Source of the DNA: Cycas panzhihuaensis
Taxonomy: Eukaryota; Plantae; Cycadophyta
Assembly: GCA_023213395.1 (NCBI GenBank)
Contig: CM041465.1
Location: forward strand, 129,463,741 to 129,527,740
DNA length: 64,000 nucleotides
Reading direction: 5' to 3'
Of the stretch, positions 53,480-64,000 are shown piece after piece. Every line of letters begins with the position of its first letter. Positions within the stretch are counted from its first letter, which is position 1. The translations under genes and the position numbers were made by a program. The notes below the pieces were generated by a model. That model ran no database searches. It was not told the DNA's origin and saw only the letters and a list, made by a program, of their open reading frames with translations.

Positions 53480-56400
53480 AAGTTAATAAAAAGAGAAGGA
53501 CAAGGTATGGCCCTTTAGCTTTCTATAATTAAGGACCAAATTATGGATGACTTAATCCACTTAATTTTGTGATCAATCCTCTCTAACCATGTATAAGTGT
53601 TTCATAATATATCCTAAGAAACCCCACTAGATTAAGAAATAGAACATACAAGTAAATTAAAGCTAAGTACATGAACCTAAAGAAAACACTCAAAGAATGA
53701 GATGTGTTCATTGATTATGTGAGAGATAATCTCTCTATAAGTACAAAAGAAGTTTAATAATTGCTTACTATATGTAAGCCACTTATCATTCTTACAATGA
53801 AGAGGGAATGCCATATAACTCTCATTAATTAACTATATAACCTAAGATACTATTCTAGATAAAACATTATTCTAACATCCTCTCTTAATGTTTTATCTAT
53901 TTTAAACAAAACTTATCTTTAAGAAATTGAAACTCATCTTTGCTAAGAGGCTTAGTTAATATGTTTGTAACTTGTTTATTTGTGTTACAATGTATCAACT
54001 CTGTTTCTTTGTTCTGGACTTTTTCCCAAATAAAATGTTGATGTACTTTAATGTGCTTTGTTCTAGTATGAAAGACCAGGCTCTTTGGTTGGTTGTTTTT
54101 TATTACTCCATGACATTGTTATTGAGCCAAGAAGAAAATAATATCCAATATTTTAATTTCTATTCTCTTTATCTCTTACCTAATTAAATTCATTATATCT
54201 AACTAGCATCACTATATTATTTTTTATATATGTAAGTTCTAGATTAGAGGTGCCTTTTAGATACTTGAGTATTCTTTTTGTTGCTCTATAGTGTGGCATT
54301 TTAGGATCTTGCATGTATCTAGAAATTACACCTATTGAATATGAAATATCAAGTCTAGTGGTAATAAGATAAATTAGACTACCAATTAGTTTTCTATAAA
54401 AGGTTACGGATTGGTATTCCTTCTATGTCTTGAGTTAATTTGCACCTTATCTCCATTGGCATTGCATAATTGTTGTAGTCTTCCATCTTGAATTTCATTA
54501 GCAAATTCTTAATGTACTTATTTTATGATATAGTAATTGAATCCTTCTTCTATTTTACTTATATACCAAGATAATAACTTAGAAGCCCTAAGTCAATCAT
54601 TTCAAATCCCTTTTCCGATTGAGTTGTTATGGTTGTCATAGACTTTGTATCACTACCTTTAAGAATCATATCATCTATATGAATAATAATTATGGTGATT
54701 AATCATTTTCTAATCTTTACATATAAACTAAGATATAATTCACACCTTTGAAATTGATTTTGTATGAGGTATTTATCTAATTTAGTATACTAGGCTCTTA
54801 GAGCTTGCTTTAGACTATATAGGGATTTTTTTTATTTGCAAATAAGATGTCCTTTTCCAGTTTAAATATATCCCTTTGGCTATTGTATATATACCTCTTC
54901 TTTTAAGTTTCCATTTAAAAAGGCACTCTTTACATCAAGTTTAAAGATTTTTCTTTTTTTTTATGCAATTAGGGTGTGCCTCTTGACCACTAATCTTGCC
55001 TCGTATTTTTCTATTCTACTGTTAGAATTTTCTTTTACCTTATAAACCCATTTACAATTGATAATTAGCTTGTCAATAGCTGGTTCAACCAATTCCTATA
55101 ATTTATTTTTAGAAATAACTACTATTTCTATATCCATTGATGATTTCCATTCACCGTATTATTTTGCTTCCTCATATGATTGAGGTTCAGCTGAACAAAA
55201 TAATGCCTAATGTTTTTAAGATATGGTTTTATCATCAAACATATCACCTTTTATCTTTTCAATTGTCTTAAGACACCGTTTAGGTATATTTTTAGAAGTT
55301 GTCTTGATTTCCTCTTCTTCGGGACTTATTTCTTTGATAGGTAAGGAAGCCCTTTCAAGACCTTCTTCCTCTATATCAATGTCCTCAAATATGATCCCAG
55401 AGACTTCTTCAAGTGTAGGAGTAGCTACAAAAGCTTCTTTTAATGACAATTCAATTTTTCAATGTATTTCTTCATTTCTAATAATATCTTATTCATTAAA
55501 AATAACATCTCTACTTATATAGACTTTATTTGTTTTGGGGTATATGCATCTATATGCCTTGGAATTCTTACTATAGACTATCATTATGAATTATATGCTT
55601 TTACAATCAAGTTTGGTCTTTTTCTTATCAGGAATGTGAACAAAAGTTTAACATCCAAAAGTTTTAAGATTGCTTACATTAGGCTTATATCTTGTCCATG
55701 CTTTTTAAGAAGTTACTTTATTTAAGGCATGAGTTAGAATTTAGTTTAATAAGTATGATGTTATGTTTACAGCTTTTACCCAATATGCCTTAGGAACTTT
55801 CTTGTCTTGAATTAAGCTTCAAGTCATTTCCATGATGGTTTTATTCATCTGTTCTGCAACACTGTTTGATTAAGGTATGTAGGGAGTAGTTATTTATCTA
55901 CATATTCCATGAGTTTTGTAATAATCCTGAAATTCTTTTGATGTATATTCTCCTCTGCCATTAAATCAAATATATTTTAATTTATTGTTACTTTCTAGTT
56001 CTACTTCTTCTTTAAATTCTTTAAATTTAATGAATGTTTTTTATTTGCTATAGAGAAAGTATACCCATAATCTTCTAGAGAAATCATCAATGAATTTTAG
56101 GAAATATCTTGCTCCATTGAGTGAACATGGAGCAATGGACCCATAAAGATTTGAATGCATTAACTCTAATTTGCTTTGTACTTGCCATATACTTTTTAAA
56201 AATGGAATTCTATGTTATTTATCTAGTAAATAACTTTTAAAAATAAAATAATAAAATGAAATATCTAGTAGTACATCAACCATATTAGTATTCTTTAATA
56301 ATTATAATCTATTAGTTGAGATATACCCATACTTCAAATGACAAAGTTTGTTATTATTAGTATTTGAAACATCAAAAGACTTTACATCAATATTTGAAGT

Positions 56401-59400
56401 AATAGGAATGGGATTAGAAAGTAGTTTGTAAAGATCATTGTTTTTTATACCATTTACTACTACTATTCTCTCTCTTTTCATATCCAAGATAAGATAAAAC
56501 TCGTTTTTATCAAAAATGGCTCTTAACTTATTCTTACCAAGTTGACATATAGATAATATTTTTTTTTTTATCTTAATACGAAAAGAACATTACCAATTTT
56601 TAGCACTTTTCCTTTGATTTCCACTACTATTTCTCTGATGCCTTAAATGTGAAGGGGGTATTTATTCCCTAATTCAACTAATTTATTAGGAGAATATGTT
56701 TTTAAGGATTCAAACCATTCTTTTCATCTAGTCATGTGGTTGGACACCCCTAAGTCAATGTGCCAAACATCTTCATGTCTAGTGCAAGTAGTGAATGCAG
56801 CTATGACTATTATTTCTTATTCTTCCTCTTCATCAAGATTACTTTACTCTTTATTGTAATTTTCTACAGGCTATTTCCCTCTCTAAATTATAGCTCACCT
56901 CTAGGAACATTGATAGGGATAATGTCCTCCTTACCCATAGTGATAGTACATATCACATGCTCAATAATTACTGGAAAAATACCTTGGTCTTTCGCAACTG
57001 AAACAAACCCTAGAGTCTCTTGCTAGAACCAATCTTACTCTACCTCTCTGATCTTGCCATCTTCCTCTATATTTATCTCTGGTATCAAGTGATTTATTGT
57101 GACCTCTAAAGGAAGATTATCCTTATCCTCTAGTTACGAAGTTGAGTTTGGATAAGAATGCTTCCTCTATTTCAGATTCTTCTTCATATCTTCTATTTCT
57201 TTCTTCCTATCTTAATAGAAGACCTATGAGAGTTTTAAGAGACATTATTATAGTTTGATTACTATTTGTTATGATATTTACTAGATTATTGAATGACATT
57301 AGAAGCTTGTTAACAATCATTTGGATAAGTTGCAATTTTGGAAGATTTGCTCCAACACTAGTCAAATTATTTCTGATAGATGTTATTTTATGAACAAATT
57401 TAGAAATGCTCTATTTCTCTCTCATATGAATTTTGTATAGTTTTTAATTCAAAGCTACTATCTTAGCTTTATTCTTTTGGCTATACATATTAGCATACTT
57501 TCTAGATTTTTTTTAGTAGAATTCACCCCTTCAACATACAATAATAAGGAATCTAAAATGGATAACTTTAATGCTATGACATCAGAATTGTTAATATCAT
57601 CCCATCTAGGTTGGTTAGTGGCATTAGTAGGTCTCTTATCTTTCCCTTTAGCTATTTCTTAGGCATCTTTTGCACTTAGAATACTCTCAACTTTGATCTT
57701 CTAAACATGGTAATTCATTGTAATAAGTTTGTCTTATTCGCGCAGAGCTAAAATAAAGAAGGTCATTAAAAGAGAAGGAAAATAAAGTTATCAAAATATA
57801 TTATAAGTTCTAAGTCTGACCGGCTGTACAACTATATGAAAAATCTATGAAAAAGTATAATAGTATAAAATGAAGTAAAATTAGACTCAAAAGAAAGATT
57901 TTCATATGAGGATTCTGAATATGTAAAAAAAAAAATAGAAATTTTCTCTAGTTTTCTTTAAATCTAACCCAAAAATAAAAATGTGTGACTAGGATTAATA
58001 GAAAAAATTGATTGAAACTTTACAAATCTCCACTAAAATCTTTAAATTTATATGAAAAATGATTTTCATAGACTAAGGAAGGAAATTAAAGAGTTTTTAC
58101 CTAGATTAAATGCATGATTCCATAGAAAAATGCTCAAATGCTTTCAAACCTACATACAACTATAATTTGAGTAAAACACCATTTACATGAAGGAATTTTG
58201 AGTTGGATCTTTAGAAGAAAATGATGTACTTTTGAAAATAGTCTAGTTGGTTAAATTTTAGAAAAAATTAAGCACTTTTATCTTTTAAGCGTCGTATAAT
58301 TTGTACGGTTCCATACATAGTCTATCCAAAATTGTACAGTTTGAAAAAGAACTCTTTCTTCAGTATCTTCACTTGTCTTCACAATCTTCTTTGAGACTTA
58401 ACAGAAAACAATAACTCGCTAGAGTTTCACTTGTCTCCTCAACCCCAATCAAAACTCCTGCTCTGATACCATGAAGAAAACACTCAAAGAATGGGATGTT
58501 TTCATTGATTATGTGAGAGATAATCTATCTATAATTACAAGAGAAGTTTAGTAACTGCTTACGATGTGCAAGCTACTTATCATTCTTATAATAATAAGGG
58601 AATGCCATATAACCCTTATTAATTAAGTATACAACATAAGGTATTATTATAGATATCATATTATTCTAATCAAACCATTAACATTAGGCCTTACTACCAT
58701 CATTCTAGCATATATATGTGATTTAATCTTTGGTTAAGGATTACATTTTTGTGGTAGTTAATAAGCTTAGCAAATATGTTAATTTTATTAAAATCCATAG
58801 TAAGAATATGACTAGCTAATTTATAACAATCTTCCTTGTATAGATCTTGAGTTCACATAGATTCCCCAAGGTCATCATCAATGACAAAGATCTAAAGTTT
58901 ACTAATGGGTTTTGAAAGGAATTTTTCCAACAAGTGGATACCACTCTCTCCATGAGCATAACACACCACCCTTAAATAGATTATTAAATATAAATCATTA
59001 ATAGGTATCTTAAAGGCTATCTCCATTATTTCATATCTATTTTGTAGAAGAAATAGCATTGATGGTTATATCTATCTAAATAGGATATAACCTAACATAT
59101 TGCATAACCATTAAAACATTCCTATTTAAGGCCTTGTATAGGTATAAACCCCCCAAAATATTAAATTAGGACATAATAGTAAATCATCAACTTCAAGAAA
59201 TAAGTACTAACATCGAATTATTAAAGGAAGGCTTAAAGAGGCATGGAATCAAGCGAAATCCCAGGTAAAGTAGCATCAAACCAAAAGGGATTTTTAAACA
59301 AATGATTAGGTATATCTCCATTGAAAAATAGTAATATTGATAAACACTTGATCAAATGACAAGAATAGCTAGAGGAAGACAATACTGAGGAATGTTTAAA

Positions 59401-59760
59401 ATCTACTAAGCATCATTAATATTTATGACGCTCCATGGATGAAGCATTTTTTTAAGAGAGGGAGGAATGTCATTGACCCATTTTTTATATTAAAGGTCTT
59501 AGTATTTATGTTTTGAAGGGTAATGGAACCTAGAAGGATTTAATTATATTGGCTTCATAAAGAAGCTATTAGTAGTTACTTCCATAAGAAGCTATCTATG
59601 AAAGCTTTTAACACTTGTCTATAATATGTATATGGACTTATTATATAGAAGATATTAGGTATTAATTACAAATTACAAGCTTTGCTTAAACTTTTAAACA
59701 TGCTTCTTATGCAGTATCTCCTTGCATATATTAGGATCCCTATAAGCTTCATTTACAATA
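53480..59760 (+). mobile_element. Old gypsy integrase/chromodomain relic with 3' LTR from 59468, interrupted by a Copia
   Basis: DYIFVVVNKLSKYVNFI, PKVIINDKDLKFTNGF*KEFFQQVDTTLSMSITHHP, PPT AAGAGAGGGAGGAA then TGTCA. Outer boundaries are approximate. Confidence 0.75.
53678..58671 (-). mobile_element. Full-length decayed Ty1/copia element
   Basis: LTRs of ~200 bp at 53678-53877 and 58472-58671, PBS GCTCTGATACCA (58460-71), PPT (TCCTCTCTT on +), TSD GAACC/AAACC. Minus-strand WHIDLGVSNHMT, HSNLYGS..FIDDFSRR, LDVKSAFLNG and LIGSLIYL. Confidence 0.93.
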
Positions 59761-60339
59761 TTTTTTAAATGTGCTAATTCAAAGGCTAATCAATCTAAAG
59801 AAACATTTATGACCTATAAGCCATAGATAGTTTCTTAAATCTCTAGATCTAATGGCCTTTTGACCTATACTTTATATGTGATTGTAATTTAAATCCATTC
59901 CTTCATAATTAAAATATAAAGTCTTTTACATTGAATAAGAAGCTTGGAATATTGAACATCATTATTTTACTTGGTATTGTTTTCATCAAACTATATTCTA
60001 AAACATTTATAATAGACATTGTATAGCCCTTTATATTATCTCCACATATTATTCAATTTGAGAATAAACAACATTCTATAGTAGATGTGGGCCTTAGTCA
60101 ATTGTTGCTCTATTTCTACCATTGTTGCCTAGTTTATCCAAAATATTTCTCCTTGTAATAGTAATTATATTCTTTAAAGTTAGTATCCATGATATGTCCT
60201 TACCCAATGATACCATTTTTTTGCTAATTAGAGCCTTAACAAAGTAGTAGAAAGTATTTGAACTTACTTTTCTCATCACAGATACTGTTGGAGAGAGGGT
60301 ATCAATTTATAAACATGGGCATAATCACATAATATCAAT

Positions 60340-63300
60340 TGTAAATCCAATCAAATAAGATACACCAAATATGGAAGCTAGAAAACCCTTTTAGGGGAGA
60401 AAAACCACCTCTTAAATAATAATAAGAAGTGGATAAAGAAGAAGATGATAAAGAAGATAATGAAGACTTCAACATGGTAATCCCCCTTTAATGAAGACTT
60501 TATTAATATTTAATAATTCTCATAGCCTTATTAACTTTACTTTAGTCAATGGATTTGTTAGGATGTTAGCAATCTGTAAATCTTTAAGACAATATAATAG
60601 ATTAATTATATTATCATTAATAAGTTACAAATAAAATACTGATGTAATTCTATGTGACTAATTCTAAAATGTACAACAAGATAGATATTGCACTTTGATT
60701 ATCAATATTTATTTGAATGGAAGAGTTAGGAAACAAACTAAACTCATTGAATAGAACTTTAATCCAAAGTGATTCTTTGTTCACTTCTATTAATACTTGA
60801 TATTTAGCTTTTGTCGTAGATAATGTTAATGATTGTATTTTCTTGCTAGACCAAGTGATTGGTGAAGAGTCGAGGAAGAAGACATAAGCAGCTATGAATT
60901 TTTAATCATTGGAGTCACCTACCCAGTCTAAATCTATATCACCTATCAACTTAAGGTTAAAATTATAAAATTTGTAAGTGAGACTATGATAAATTATACC
61001 TTGAAGGTAATGTAAGATTTGTTTAGCTACTTTTAAATGTAATTTATGAAGTTTTTGCATGTACCTAGAATATAAGATAACAACATAAGAGATATCTAGG
61101 TAAGTGTGGGTTAGGTAAATAAGACTACCTATTAACTGATGATATAAGGTGGAATCACAAGATGGAGATTGACAATTAGTTGATAATTTCACACCTTATT
61201 ATAAAGGGGTTGGGGTTGGTTTTGTATTTCCATATTGAATCTTTTTATTAAATCAAAAATGTACTTAGATTATAATAGTTATTTTTTATTTTGATTGATA
61301 GATTTATAGTCTTAGAAAATAATATAAAATACCTAAATCTATCATTTCAAATTTACTCATCAAAATGAATTTTAATTGATAAATATAAGAAAGTAGGGAT
61401 CTAGTTATAATAATATCATCGACATAAAGAATTAAAATGCTAATATTTTCATCTTGGCATTTGAAATAAAGATTAGGATCATGAATACATTTAGTGTATC
61501 TATTTTGAAGAAGGTAATTATCAATCTTAATGTACTAAGCCCTAAGATTATTTAAGACCATATAAAGATTCTTTCAGTTTATAAATAAGATTAAGATTAG
61601 ATACAAAGCCAGGGGTTGATTTATATAGATTTTTTCTTTAAAATCACCATTTAAGAAAACACTCTTTACATCCATTTCATGTATTTGCTAGCTAAATTTA
61701 GCTGTAAGAGTAATAATAGTTTTGATTATATTTATTTTAGCAACAAGAGAAAAGGTTTTAGTGTAATCAATATTGTCAATCTAAAAAAAACCTTTGGCAA
61801 CCAAACAAGCCTTATGTTTTTCAATTGCTCCTTCTTAATTATACTTAGTTTAGTAAACCCATTTGTAGTCTACCAAATTCTTACTTGGAGGTAATAGTAC
61901 TAAATCCCAAGTTGAGTTTTTCTGAAGAGTATTATATTCAACTTGCATGGCTTATTGCCATACAGGATTATAACAAGTTTCTTTATAAGTTTTAGAATCA
62001 TTACTAGTTATTACTTTGGCCATTAACATAAAGTTAGCTTGCAGTTTCTGTGACTTGGTTCTCTTGGTATCTGATGCATCACCAATATCAGAACTAGTAG
62101 TCGAAAAGGTTTTTTAAGCCCAAACTAACTATTTATTTCTTGAAGAAGAATTAGAAGTGGAAGATTCATTAGAAAAAATTGGTAGATTAGAAGTGGATAG
62201 ATCTAACATACTAGGTTTAGTTAAGGTCCAGTTCTGAACTTGTGTGGATAAACTATCAATTAGTTCACTATCCGCTTATTTTTCTAAGAGGTCTATTAAA
62301 TAAGTATTAGTTAATAAGCTTTCAACAAGAAGTTCTATATGATTGATTTTTGATAAATATCCCTCTTCATCAAAAATAACATTACACAAAATTAAGACTT
62401 TATGTGTGATTAGATCTAATAATCTATAGGCTTTACTTTCTTCATTATATCTAATGAAGATAAATTTTTCACTTTTGGGGTTGAGTTTATTTTGTTTTTC
62501 CCTTGGAATATGTCCCCAAGTAGTGCTTCCAAAGACTCTAAGATGTTTTACAGACAGTTTTTGGCCAGACTACTTTTGTTCTGGTGTAGCTTACTATAAG
62601 GGCTTACTTAGTCAATGGTTTAATAGATAATTGGAGAACGTTATTGCTTTAACCTACAACTTTAAGTTAAGAACTTTTCCATGTATCATACATTTAGTCA
62701 TTTCCATAAGAGTATGGTTCTTACATTTAGCAACACCATTCTGATGAGGAATATAAGCAATAGAATATTAAAATCTAATTTCATGTTTTTTACAATATGA
62801 AGTAAATGTATTACTTAAGTGCTTTTTTACATTGTTAGACTTGAAGATTTTATTTTTTGAGTTAGATTGGTTTTCAACTAATATTTTAAACTCAACAAAA
62901 ATATCAAATATTTAACTTATAGTTTTAAGCATGTAGACCCAACATTTCCTAGAGAAGTCATCGAGAAAAGTAATAAAATATTTACTTCTAGAGTACGATT
63001 ATACTTGGAAGGGACCACAAATATCTAAGTGTAGAAGTTCGAGTGAAACTTTTGCTTGAAATAATGTTTGATATATAAAGGGATCCATGTGTTGCTTACC
63101 TATTACACAAGCTTTACAAACACTATAAATAGTAGATAGGGATGGAAGCCCATATACCATATCATTTAGATATTGTAGTTTGCCATAACTTGTATGGCTA
63201 AACCAAACATTCCATAGCTTACTAACTGGGTTAGATTTAACTATAAAGGTACTAAAGGATTTAGTTTTGGATTGATTTATATTTGTTAAACTATACAAAC

Positions 63301-64000
63301 TGATTTTGTAATTAGCAAGTCCTAAAGCAATAGTTTTAAATTTATTGAAAGGTTGTTTAATAATGAATTTGCCTTTCTAGAATTCAACAATAAGGTCTTT
63401 CAAGCAAATTTGATAAATAGATAAGAGATTAGGAAGCAAGCTTAGAATATAAAATACATATTTGATTGAACCATCCTTTAATGTAACATCATGAGTACCT
63501 TTGACTTTCAATTGAGATCCACTTCTAAAAGAAATTTCCTCTTCAGAATTAAGAGTAGATTGATAGGTAGTTAAGTATTCTTGGTGACTTGTCATATAAT
63601 AGAATACACTAGAATCTAAGATCCACAAAGGTAGTTATGAGATAGGGACAAAAAGTGTTGATGTGGTGGTAGTTAAAGAATAATTAGAGTTATGGGATCA
63701 TGATTGGATCCCTTTAGAAGCTTTCCAGGCTTTAGAAGCAATTCTATTCCTACATACATCTATTATATGCCCTATTTTATGGTAGTAGGCATAACTAACA
63801 TTCTGATTAGAGTTATAATTGAAAATATTCCATTTTTATAATGGTTCTTTAGAAGTAATCTAGCTTTTTGGTGGTTTAGAGTACTTGGAATTTTGATTAA
63901 AGCTATTTAAAGAAGAACCTCTATGAGGTTTTTAGAATTTTGGATAATTATCATGATTATTTTTATGGTTATTTTGGTTTTTAGATTTGTTTAATGGCTT
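60340..64000 (-). mobile_element. Decayed Ty1/copia element of the same family as 17765-23430; 5' end lies beyond the window
   Basis: Shared peptide YQS..NSEEEISF.SG.QLKVKG..DVTLKDGSIK, plus HLDICGPF and LIGSLIYLTHT. The 3' LTR remnant shares AAGAGGTG.TTTT.CT.CCC..AA.GGGTTTTC. Confidence 0.93.

Overview
AT-rich, CpG-depleted land-plant heterochromatin with no recognisable intact host gene, tRNA or rRNA. A gymnosperm source is likely, inferred from the retroelement domain order and motifs rather than proven. The window holds a 5.4-kb compound (AT)n/(AC)n/(GT)n microsatellite at 1467-6866, which produces all of the long YIYI ORFs as artefacts. The rest is a stack of decayed retroelements. The backbone is one Ty3/gypsy Tat-like element (10376-53351) with LTRs of about 3.3 kb and only Gag-protease-archaeal RNase H inside. 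At least ten nested insertions have inflated it from about 9.7 kb to 43 kb: Copia elements, solo LTRs, two L1 LINEs, a gag-only gypsy, a TRIM-like unit and a chromovirus. More Copia and gypsy relics flank it. Nearly all reading frames are broken by C>T/G>A stops consistent with methylcytosine deamination. The best candidates for novelty are: (1) a TSD-bounded L1 with an extra ~188-codon frame, possibly RNase H-like, upstream of and in frame with ORF1; (2) the RT/integrase-less Gag-PR-aRH giant-LTR element; (3) a 150-codon antisense frame in a Copia leader; (4) a conserved 3' hairpin shared by three L1 tails, one of them a 137-bp SINE-like insertion. All coordinates and translations were read by eye and no database searches were run.
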